DNA of 64,000 nucleotides, taken from NCBI GenBank assembly GCA_038087875.1, contig CM075977.1, positions 271,250,001 to 271,314,000 on the forward strand, in the 5' to 3' direction. The position numbers and the translations under genes are program-made. The notes under the pieces were generated by a model. The model saw nothing but the letters and a program-made list of their open reading frames with translations, did no database searches and was not told the origin of the DNA. Below, piece by piece: positions 26,555 to 37,824 of this stretch (its first letter is position 1; each line of letters starts with the position of its first letter). The DNA is from Malacoraja senta. Taxonomy: Eukaryota.

Positions 26555-27610
26555 GGCCACCTTCGTGTGTGGATGCATCAGGCGGAGCGTAGAGCCAAGG
26601 AACGTGGGCACTAAGTGTCACTACCTGCTGAGGTTCTACCTGTCCCCGGTGTAGCGAAGGATGGGCCTAGTGCAGATGCCACGCAATGTGCCAGCCAGCT
26701 GGACATTGCCGCACCATCTGTCATTCGTGGAAAGGTTCTTCAGGACCAACAACTTTGACCAGAAGTCTGCTGCACGGAACGTCCTGCAGGCACTGCAGGG
26801 AAATAACTCCATGGATCCTGTTGCGTGGCTCCACAAGCTTGTCTGGTGAAATACCTCATCGTCAGAACTCACCAACAAGCACCAAGACTTGGCTTGGCTG
26901 GTGGTGAGGGGAGCCCTCCCAGTCAGATCCTTCCTGCACTGTCGGAACATCACTACCAGTGCACGCTGCCCTCGGGACAGCAGCTAAGGAGAGGAGACGG
27001 TTGCCCACCTCTTTGCAGAGTGTGGTTTTGCAAAGAAAGTCTGGTGAGGTTTGCAAGGGTCCCCTGTCACAATTTATTCCAAACAGCTCCGTCACAGAGG
27101 ACTCTGTGATTTACAGACTGTTCCCAGGGGCGCATTCAGAGACTGACATCGAGTGCTGCTGGAAGGTCATCAACTCGGTGAAAGACGCTCTTTGGTCTGC
27201 CCGAGCTTTGTTGACCACCCAGCGGAGCAGGATGTCCGTCGGGGAATGTTGCCGACTGGCCCGCTGCAGACTGCAGGAGTACGTGCTGAGGGACCAACTG
27301 AAGCTTGGTGCAGCCAATGCCAAGGCTCGGTGGGGGAGGACCACAGTCTAGGGTCCTTCTGCTCCTGGACATGGGGTGCAGGGTGTGGTGGAGACACCCC
27401 TCAAAATAAGGGAAGGGATTCCACGCCAGTGGGCCTCATGAGTGGCAAGGGTGCGGGAGAAATTGGTGAAATTTGAGCAATGTGTGTAAATGGTATTGAA
27501 TGTTTGTATAGCCTCCGAAAATATCGGATTCATGTTTTTGCGCTGTTCATGTATTGTGTATATTTATTACTTGAATAAAGTCTAATTTAAAAAAAAAAGA
27601 TTTAAAAAAA
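26555..27610 (+). mobile_element. Tx1-like (L1 clade) LINE, 5'-truncated, ORF2 C-terminus with zinc finger
   Basis: ELTNKHQDLAWLVVRGALPVRSFLH..CPR...EETVAHLFAECGFAKKVW...INSVKDALWSAR; AATAAA plus poly(A) at about 27574-27610. Confidence 0.8.
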
Positions 27611-27711
27611 TCGCCAGCCAGTTAAGACATGGTTTAAAAGAGCTTCACACATTGGCTTTGGATCCAAGAGATAGAGTTATAGAGTCGCAAAGAGATACAG
27701 CACAGAAATAT

Positions 27712-28225
27712 GTGCTGGCTCTGGAGAGGGTCCAGAGGAATTTTACAAGAATGATCACAGGAATGAATGGGTTAACCTATGATGAGCTTTTTGTCGGCAC
27801 TAGGTCTGTATTCAATGGAGTTTAGAACAATAAAGGAGGACCTCATTGACACGTACAGAATAGTGAAAGGCTTGGATAGAGTGGATGTGGAGAGGATGTT
27901 TCTACTAGTGGGCGAGTCTAGGACTAGAGGTCATAGCCTCACAATTAAAGCATGTTCTTTTAGGAAGGAGATGAGGAGAAATTCATTTAGTCAGAGGGCA
28001 GTGAATCTGTGGAATTCTTTGCCACAGAATGCTGTGCAGACCAAGTCAGTGGATATTTCTAAGGCAGATAGATAGATTCTTGATTAGGACAGGTGTCAGA
28101 TGTTATGGGGAGAAGGCAGGAGAATGGGGTTAGGATGGAGAGATAGATCAGCCATGATTGAATGGAGTAGACTTGATGGGCTGAATGGCCTAATTGTGCT
28201 CCTATCACCTATGACCTTATGACCT
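27712..28225 (+). mobile_element. CR1 LINE 3' fragment
   Basis: ORF 27779-28075 matches the other CR1 copies; (TATGACCT)n tail. Confidence 0.85.
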
Positions 28226-28954
28226 AAATAGGCCCTTCGGTCCATTCAGTCTGCACAGTCCACAAGGAACCCATTTTTTCCAAGAACACTCCATTCCTCC
28301 CATTTTAGTTTCCCCACATTGTCATTAACTGCTCCAGATTCTACCACTCTCCAACACACAGAGACAGTTTACAGTGGCCAGTTAACCTATCACAATTTTG
28401 GGATGTGGGAGGAAACTGGTTGCAGGAGCTGAAGATCAGGAGCGCGAGGTTACTGGAGCAATGAGGCAGCAGTTCCATTAGCTGTGGCACCATGCAAAGG
28501 CAAATAGTGGCTCTGTTGTGCTGCATGGGCATTAACTCCAAGACAACTGTGAACACACACACGAGCAAGCGCACAGCCCCCCCCCCCCCCACCCCCCCTC
28601 AGACACACACTTTCACATGTGCAAACAAACCAATATAATACACTCAAATCTGTTTCTGAATCAGTGTAGTCGATCATGCAAACTCCTAGGTTCAGTGAGT
28701 CTTAATTCAACCTGCTTCCTCTCTTTCCTTTAAGCCCCAGTAGTGAACTATCATACAGCAGGTCAAACAGGAAAACAAACACTGTTTTCACGAGTTGGGT
28801 TTTGCTATCAAGAATGAGGGGCATATAATATCTTAACAACCCCCCATTGAAGGACAAGGTAAAAGCAAAAATATTGAATAATTGGTAGCTGAGGAGCTTG
28901 CAGGAGATTGAGAAATTAAACAAAGATCATAACATGGATTCTTCTACATCATGT

Positions 28955-29180
28955 GTAGGAAGGAACTGCAGATGCTGGTTTAATCCGAAGATAGACACAA
29001 AATGCTGGAGTAACTCAGCGGGACAGGCAGCATCACTGGAGAGAAAGAATGGGTGACGTTACGGGTCGAGACCCTTCTTCAGACTGAAGAAGAGTCTCGA
29101 CACGAAATGTCACCCATTCCTTCTCTCCAGAAATGCTGCCTGTCCCGCTAAGTTACTCCAGCATTTTGTGTCCATCTTCA
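28955..29180. mobile_element. Palindromic Penelope-derived unit: two head-to-head hammerhead-bearing repeats
   Basis: Arms 28987-29082 and 29084-29179 are near-perfect reverse complements around CTTCTTCAG-A-CTGAAGAAG. TSD TCT(A/G)CATCATGT at 28943-28954 and 29181-29192. Confidence 0.85.
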
Positions 29181-29859
29181 TCTGCATCATGTTTTCTTTC
29201 TTCCTTTCATATCTGCAAGGGTTAAGGGACTACGTTCCAATCCACAATACCATCATCAACAAAACCTTGGCAGATGATCATCAAAACATCCACTCTCCCT
29301 GCAACTATCTTTTTTTTAAACAATGAAACGTAAACCACCAGATCTTTGGGTGTTATAGAGTTCAAGCTCACCATTTTCTCTGGTGATGTATTTTGCTAAT
29401 GCCTAGTTCTTTGATCTTACTGTTTTCGCTAGATGCTTAATTCTCTAACCAATCTGGTAGTCTTCCGTGAAATTAACACGTTAATTGTTTACTTCCTCTG
29501 TCATTTTTTTCCTCCCAATATAAATACTCCTCTTTCACTCATATATTGTCGCCTTACATTATCAATTTCTTTGTCCTCCTTTGCTCAGTCCCAAAGTTCC
29601 CAATATTCTGGCCTACTGCTATATTCAGCAACTATTAGCTTCTCTCTTGGAACTTTAATCTCTCTTGTCTGTCATGATGTCATTTTTCCTGTTGGGTTTT
29701 TAAGCCTTAAAAGGATTTTCTTCAACTCATTCACAATTACTTGTGACTGCTAACTGTTGCTTGCCTTTCATCATACTTTACAATATATTCTCCCAGTCAA
29801 CTACAGCAATACTCTTCTAATGCCTTCATATATTCCTTGGATAATTGAATCCAGTTTTG

Positions 29860-31860
29860 TGGATAATTACGTCAAACCCCAGTACCGGCTGGGATCATGC
29901 AAGGTTCTGTCATCAACCCAACCCTCTTCTCAATCTTTCTTGCCACAGTGTTGCACTTTGCACCCAACAAGATTTCCATTGAGGTGAGCGCATCTAAAAG
30001 ACAAATGGGATGTTGTGCAAATTTCATCCTCTGCACTCCAGAGCCAAGGTCATTTCAGTTTATGTCATGGAGATGCAGTATGCAAATGATGCTTGCACAT
30101 GCACACATTCAGAGGTCAATGCTCTAAGTCGTTGTAGATTCATTACTGAATTATGCAAGAGAATGGCCTTTCATTAAAGATCAGCAAAGCAAAGATCCTC
30201 TCCAGCTGTAGTGAGTGTGCCCTTCCATCAATAGAGGACTTCAACGAGACATTGCAACTGCAATTACTTCCCAAAGCTCAGGAATCATCTTTCAGCTGAG
30301 GCAAACATCAATGATAACATTCATCATCAGCTTCAGCAAGTCAATGCTGTCCTTGGCTGCCTCTGGGGAAAAGTGTTCAAAGACACAAACCACAAACACT
30401 ACTCAAGACTCACGATCTCCCAGGCAGCAGTGAACACAGAGACATGAAGTAACTAAAACAGGTGCCCTGAAGTACTGTAGGAATATCATCAATGCAGTCT
30501 TGGCAAAATCCTTTCAATCCACCAGAAGGATTGTCATTGTTATCCAGCAATTTCCTCAGCACTATCTTCAGCCAGCTCTGATGGTTGGGAAACATTGCTT
30601 GGATGCCTGACAACAGACTCCTGAAAGAGTCTAATCTGAGCTTCATCATAGCAAGAGGTTTCATGGAAGGTAGAGAAAACACCTTAAGCCTTTTAGAAAA
30701 ACTCTAATGTCCTCATTCATGGGAATTCCTGGCCAGTGATAGATAGATAGATAGATAGACATTTATTGTCACATACACCAATTGGTGCAGTGAAATTTGA
30801 CGCCATGCAGCACACAAATAAAGATAACATCAAAGAATTTAACAACATATAAACATCCCCCCACAATGGTTCCTACTGTGGGGGAAGGCAGCAAAGTCCA
30901 GTCCCATCCCCAGTTCACCCATAGTCGGGGCCTATTGAGGCCTCTGCAGTCGCTGATACGGCAGCCCGATGCCTCAGGCCCTCTCGCCGGATGATAAAGC
31001 TCCAGCGTCGGGTGAACACTCTCAGCGGCCCGGAGTGTCTGGAGCAGCCGCCTCCTCCCAGTAGACCGTGGCTCCCGAAGTCCACGAGCCGCACTGGTCG
31101 ATGCTCCGACTCTGGCGACCTCGTCGTGAGATTCCAGGCTCTGCGGTGTTCCAAGCTCAGCGCCGCCCGCGGCTGGAAGCTCCGCAGACCGCAGACCACA
31201 GCTTTGCGATGTTGGTGCCGGCTGTCACAGCACTCCGGAGCTTACTGCACGGCGACCCGGGTTAGGCATCGCCCGCTACGCGATGGTGCTTCAGCGCTGT
31301 GCCGCCGCCGAAGCTGAAGTCCTGGCCGGTCCCGGCAGGAAAACGCCGTTCCAGTCTGCCCGTAGGCCGTGAGGAAGGGGCGAAGATACGGCTCGAAGAA
31401 AAGCCGCAACTCCGACCAGGTAGGTACTGAGAAAATAGTTTCCCCCTAACCCCACCCCCCACCCCCCACATAAAAAGACTAAAGACCTCCAAAACAAACA
31501 CTTTCAACTAACTAAAAATAAAAAAAGGGTGAAAAAACTAACAGCTGCTGGCAGGGCAGCCATACTCGACGGCGCCCCAGGTGGACTCGTGATCCATCGT
31601 GATGAAGAAGAACCAGCCAGGATGACATCTTGAACCTCTTTGCAAGGAATATGTGGAAGCACAGCAAAGATTTTGGCAGGAGACCCTTCCTCCGACCCCA
31701 TGCAGCATGTCCTGCTCAACCAATGACAGAGATCATGGCCCTTACATTGGTTTCACCAGCCTGTTCAGAATCCAAGAAAGTAGAGTTGAAGTCATCCTGG
31801 ATCCTGAGGGATTGCCACAGAATAAGAAGATTAATTACACCATGCGTGCTCTCAATTTCA
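29860..31860 (+). mobile_element. Degenerate RTE (BovB-like) LINE split by GC-rich element copy C
   Basis: GIMQGSVINPTLFSIFL (compare GVKQGCVLAPTLF) and MQYANDA (compare LYADD); 3' remnant at about 31585-31860. Another RTE 3' remnant lies near 34930-35080. Confidence 0.65.
30738..31582 (-). mobile_element. GC-rich non-autonomous retroelement, copy C (apparently full length)
   Basis: Same layout as copy A; tail AATTTCACTGCACC...TGTGACAATAAA plus (TCTA)n. Confidence 0.75.
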
Positions 31861-34800
31861 GAGTGCAGCTCACTCTGGAATTACTCCTTGTAAACTACTG
31901 GTCAATATATTTATGTTGGCTTCAAAAGAATAGGTTTACTTTGTGACACTTGACCTGAATTACCTTGTGATTGAAGTTTTCACGTGCATCTTCTATGCGT
32001 TCATGCATTGAATCTGCCTTATTGCCAGACTAAACAAATCATTGCCAGACTGCTGCCAAGGCTTGATTAAACCATCAAATGCTCACATCTCTGGGAAGGA
32101 AGGGAGAGTGGGAACTGATATATTATTGATTAAAGGAATGGCCTGAGCTGAAATAAAGAAGATTTCATAAAAGGTCCGGGAAGTATAAGTTTGTTTCACA
32201 TGTTATTGTTTAATTGAACAGTGCTTACTTGCAGGAAGCAAACAGAGATTCCTCATTGGAAACTTTTGAACTAACTTTAATCAAGCTTTATCGGATTCAA
32301 CGTTATATCTTTGCACCCTTTATCCTTTATCTGTGCATTGTGGGCGGCTTGAGTGTATTCATGTATAGTCTTTTCTTTGACTGGATGGAATGCAAACAAA
32401 AGCTTTTTACTGTTCCTCGGTACACGTGACATTAATCAATTAACCTAAAACAAACTAAACTAAACTAAACATGAAGTAACAAGTGACAGTCATGCCCTCT
32501 CCTCTGAGAACGAAGATTCATAAGGTCTTGGCTATTCACACCTCACCTGATGCCTGAACAATCCAAGCTTTTAACCATAAGTAAATCTGGCCTATTTGAG
32601 CTTATATTTCATTTCTGCAGTTTGCTCTGTTTAAATGTGGACCCAGAGGAATGCAAACGACTGGATTTTAGCTCATTTAACTCATTGGTAGATAGACACT
32701 AACTCAGAATATCAAACTCTGGTGAAGGAGCAGTAATCTGAAATTAATGTAAATAAATGGCAACATTAATTTAACAGAGAGAGCACAGGCAGAAAGCTCT
32801 GTTGAGCAAGCACAGTTTCAGAAAATTATGCCTGTGCTGACTATGACTCGTCCTCTATTTATTAGGTTGCACAATATTGAGCAATGTGATGCCAGTCAAA
32901 GCTTGGAAATGTCTTATTTCTTGAGAACAGAGAAAATAGGATTTGGGGTAAGACATTCAGTAAGAAAATGTCTGATCCAGCACTATTTTCCAGTACTTTC
33001 GCCTACAGTATATCCTTCGATTCTCTTAAAATTCTCTGCTTTGAATGAACATAATGAACAAACCTGCACAGTCTCTTGTTCTCAAACTCCTCAGCCAGGA
33101 CAAATATCTTCCCCACATCTAGCTTGTCAAGACCGTTAAATTCTGTATGGTTCGACAAGGTCTCCTCTCATTCTTCTAAACTCCAGGGAACAGAGTTCCC
33201 TCTACTCCTTCTTTCCTCAGTCAGGCATATTTGTTTACACAAGATATTCTATTGATGGAATCTTGCACAATATATTTCAAAAATGTTCTTCCTTGCCTGT
33301 GTAAGCACATCTTTTGTTCATAATAACTATAATTCAAAGCACCTGTAATTCCTTGACACGGCTTAATTAACCTGAGACTGTTGTCAATTCCTGGAATAAT
33401 TTGCCAAATCTACCACCTTGAGTCAGTTTGGTAATTCCTGAATAAATGTTGCTGCATTGCATGTTTTTCCATATACCTGCATGTTATGTCAAGAAGCCCA
33501 ATTTGTTCAACTGAAACTAGACCCATCAGTTAAATATCTTCTTTCATTGATTGGGTCTTTGGAAATGTTCCTCTCGAAAAGGTGACCAATAAATGTTAAC
33601 CCTAAACTTACTTACCTTCAGGCATATTTAACATAAATATTTTGAATTTTTGAAAGCAGGAAACATGACCTTGAACCAGACAGGGTCCCCCACCCTTGTA
33701 GCTCATTAAGATTTGGAATCATTGGAGTAAATTGTTCTCCAACTATTTGTCAGAATTTGCATGCTTCAAATTACAGCAGCCATGTGGATTTGATTGTTTC
33801 ATCCAGATTTCCCAAGGCTCAAGAAACCTGATATCTAAAAGGAAGGTAAGGACCGTCAATTGCCATAGCAGTTCTTGTGAGCTCGGAGGAATGGTACTGC
33901 AGCCCTCCAGCATTCTAAATTAAGCTGCTTCCTGACATACAATTAACCCACTGCTCGTTTCCACTGATCTCCCTGCTATGATCTCTTCACTCCTGTAATT
34001 TCTACTCACCATCCTGTCCAAAGAAGGATCTTGTCCAGAAAGTTAACCTCTCCATGTTCTCCAGAGATGCTGCCTGACCTGCTGAGTTACTCAAGCACTC
34101 TGTGTCTTTTTGTATCTGCAGTTCCTTATAGTTACCCCGTCTTCTTCCTTTGTTTCTGGCTTGAACCCTCGAAGATGGAGATTTTCCTGTGAATGGCAAC
34201 TGCTAGCTTAATCCGGGCACATCCACACAGAAACGAATTAAAATAAGTTCCTCCAATAAATTCAGCTGTATCTTCATGTTCCCTACATTTCAAGGTTTCC
34301 TTGCTGCTTAAACAATCTGCACTCTTTCCAGGTACCCATATATATATATTGGAGCCAACATCAATTCCCTTCTGCTGTTCCAGAACCTTAGAAAATCTCA
34401 AATGAATGGTTTTATTCAGAGCAAATTTTCTGTGACTAATTTGATTGAATTATTTTTGAAGATATCAATATCTTTTGAAGTTACCGAAGTGGATTGATGA
34501 GGGTGTTGCAACTGATGTAGTCTACATGGATTTCAGTAAGGCCTTTGACAAGGTCCCATGTGATGAGGCCTAATGTCTCCAATTTTAAGAAGCCACATAG
34601 GGGCAGAAGGAGGAATGTTCATGTTTGGGGGGGATATTTGATATTGGGCTTTAGGCCGCTCATATTACAAGCCAGCAAGGTGGGAAGATTCAAGACTGAA
34701 AATGGTGCAATCAGTAGCAAAGAGGAAACTGCTGGAGGAACTCTTGAGTGTCAGGCAGGACACGTGGAGGCAGAGGAATAGTCAACAATTTTGGGCTGTG

Positions 34801-36177
34801 ACTCTACAGCAGGACTGGTTCAGGTGTGGAGACTTGTTAGTTGTCCTCGGCAGTATGTCAGCAAAAACAAATTAAACAACTGTGTGAATTTAGCTATTGC
34901 ATGATGGCAGAAGTAAAATAAGGTGGAACATGTAGAAGCCCAGAAAATATTTTGGCTAAAGACCCCTACACCTTCCCCATAAAGCATGTCCAGCTCAATT
35001 AATTGCAGAGTCCATGAGTCTTACATTGGCCTCACCAGCCAGTTCAGCATCCAGAAATGTTGGAAAGGCCAGGATGTGAAATTGAAGTAAAGTGAGGATT
35101 CAAGTCAAAATGGTTTAGGTTGGGTGATTAGACGATTGGGTCAAGCAGATCTCGCTGTGGCAAACACTAGTGAACATATGTAATAAGAACAGCTGGGAAC
35201 GGCCAAATTACAGGCCTGTAAGTCTACTGTCAGCAGTGGGGAAATAATTGGAAAAAAAATGAGGGACAAGATTAATCTGTACTTGTGATGGCCGGGATTA
35301 GTCAAAGATGGTCGGAATGGTTTTATTCAGAGGAAATTTTCTGTGACTAATTTGATTGATTTTTTTGTTGAAATTATAGATATCTTTTGAAGCTACAGAA
35401 ATGGATTGATGAGGGTGTTGCAACTGATGTAGTCTACATGGATTTCAGTAAGGCCTTTGACAAGGTCACATGTGGGAGACAAGTGCTAAAGATTAGGGTC
35501 CATGGGATGCAGCACTAGTTGACATAGTTGGTAATAGGATTCAACAGAGACCAATGATAGAGGACTGTTCTTGTGATTGGAAGTCTATGGTCAATGGTGA
35601 ATGGTCGGGGCTAGGTGTTGGGACTCTTCATGTTCATTATATGCAATAACCTTTTCGATATGAATGCAGGAGGTATGGCATGAAAAACAGTTGTTGTTGG
35701 CAAAGATAATCATAGGCTATAGGGTGATATTGATCAGTTGATAAGATGGACATAGGAAAGCAGGTGTAACTTGTGGCAGATGATTGGAAGGAAAGTAAAG
35801 AGAGGAAACTAGTTCTGCCTTTCATAGGAGTGAACCTAAGTACATACATCGGACTTTTATATTTAAGAATTTAATGGCAGCTTGTTCGTATGTAAGGTGT
35901 CCATGTCAGGTGTTCATAAACCCAGGAATGGGCTGTAGCAGGGAGGTTATGGTAGAGGTTTACAAAGCATCTGTTGGATCTTATCTTATACTGTAGTTCT
36001 GGGTATTGCACTCTGGGAAGGATGTGATTGTACTGGAGAGGGTGCTGCTGAGATGCTTCAGGATGTTGCTGGGGTTGGAACATTTCAGTTTTGAGGAGAG
36101 ACTGGCTAGGTTGGATTATGTTTTTAACGTGGAATGGAGAAGGCTGAGGGGGGGAAAAACAGAGGTATACAAAATTT

Positions 36178-36959
36178 TGGATTAAAGAAAACAAGTTTGT
36201 GATTTCTGCGAATCTTCACGGTGGATCGTTTTTTGCCGGTTATCCTTACGATGACTTGAAACATCAACAATCAGAAGGGTACTGCAGTAAGGCCCCCGTG
36301 GATGAAGTATTCAAATACCTGGCCAAGACCTATGCTTCCAGGTACCCTGTGATGAAAACTGGCACTGGTACAGCAGGCAGTGAAGAAAGCGAATGGCATG
36401 TTGGCTTTCATAACAAGAGGAGGAGTATAGGAGCAAACAGGTCCTTCTGTAGCTGTACAGGGCCCTAGTGAGACCACACCTGGAGTATTGTGTGCAGTTT
36501 TGGTCTCCAAATTTGAGGAAGGACATTCTTGCTATTGAGGGAATGCAGCGTAGGTTCACGAGGTTAATTCCCGGGATGGCGGGACTGTCATATGTTGATA
36601 GAATGGAGCGGCTGGGCTGGTATACTCTGGAATTTGGAAGGATGAGAGAGGATCTTATAGTAACATATAAGATTATGAAGGGTTTGGACACCCTAGAGGC
36701 AGGAAACATGTTCCCGATGTTGGGGGAGTCCAGAACCAGGGGCCACAGTTTAAAAATTAGGGGTAGGCCATTTAGAACAGAGATGAGGAAAACTTTTTCT
36801 GTGGAATTCTCTGCCTCAGAAGGCAGTAGAGGCCAATTCTCTGGATGCTTTCAAGAGAGAGTCAGATAGAGCTCCTGCACCTATTACCTATTGTCACACT
36901 GCAGTGACTCACCTTAGGAAGTATTCCCTGATGGGACCACCAATGGAGAGAGGTGGTAC
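36178..36959 (+). pseudogene. CPD: Carboxypeptidase D (M14 domain I) fragment, split by a CR1 insertion (parts 36178-36366 and 36897-36959)
   Basis: Part 1 reads WIKENKFVISANLHGGSFFAGYPYDDLKHQQSEGYCSKAPVDEVFKYLAKTYASRYPVMKTG. Part 2 reads HCSDSP*EVFPDGTTNGERWY. Human CPD (recalled) reads [26 protein letters not shown]...DDEVFKYLAKAYASNHPIMKTGEPHCPGDEDETFKDGITNGAHWY. In-frame TAG at 36915. Confidence 0.85.
36367..36895 (+). mobile_element. Younger CR1 3' fragment inserted into the CPD fragment
   Basis: ORF 36468-36869 RPHLEYCVQFWSPNLRKDILAIEG...; (CTATTGT)-type tail. Confidence 0.85.
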
Positions 36960-37824
36960 CAGCACAGAAGAAAACTGCATGCTGAGGTCAAGAGAAGAGA
37001 GCCAGTTAAAACCGGACATGCAAGAGGCCGCCGCAAAGAAGTGTGAGTCCGGTGGCCGAAGTGACCATTAGGAATAAGGAGAGAGAGTTAGATTTAGCTC
37101 TTAGGGCTAAAGGAATCAAGGGATATGGGAAAAAAGCAGGAACGGGGTACTGATTTTAAATGATCAGCCATGATCATATTGAATGATGGTGCTGACTCGA
37201 AGGGCCAAATGGCCTACTCCTGCACCTATTTTTCTATGTTTCTATGTTTTTCTATGAGGACGGGCAGGACGGACGAGGATCGCAGAGAACAAAGAGGAGA
37301 GGGTGTCGGGTCGGACTTACCTGGATGGTGGGAGCTCCAGGACTTCCCACACGTGGGCTGGACTTTGGACTGTTTGTGTTTTCGTTTTCTTTTTCTTTTT
37401 TTTTAAACGGTGGCAAATTTGTGGCGACAGAGCATTTGTGGTTGTGTAAAAGAATTTCACTGTACTGTGCATACATGTCAATAAAGAACCATTGAACCAT
37501 TATGAGAGGCATATATTGGGTAGGTAGTTGGAAACTTCTCCCCATAGCAGAGATACCTAAAACTGGAGGCATATGTTGAGGGCAAAAGATAAGAAGTTTA
37601 GAGAGGATCTGAGGAAGTACTTTCTCATCTAGGGTGTGGTTAGAATGTGGATTGCACTCCCTCAGTGGGTAATGAAGTTATCTCACATTTAAGACGCCCT
37701 TGAATTGTCAGGGCTTAGAAGAATTCAGACCAAGTGCTGGTAAATGGGAGTAGACATCTATACTAGGTATAGATACAGTGAGCCAAAGGCCTCTTTTTCT
37801 GTGTTGTATGATTCTCTGATTAAG

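Larger units (their letters stand above)
35190..37810 (+). mobile_element. Old CR1 LINE (RT region to 3' end) interrupted at 36178-37498 by the CPD chimera
   Basis: YRPVSLLS..GK, DVVYMDFSKAFDKV. The left end ...GAGGTATACAAAATT resumes as ATTATGAGAGGCAT at about 37499. Confidence 0.7.

Noticed and set aside
36199-36468. Functional CPD exon of a nested gene
   Set aside because: There is no proper acceptor context, the fragment is split by a CR1, it has an in-frame stop, and it is embedded in retroelements.
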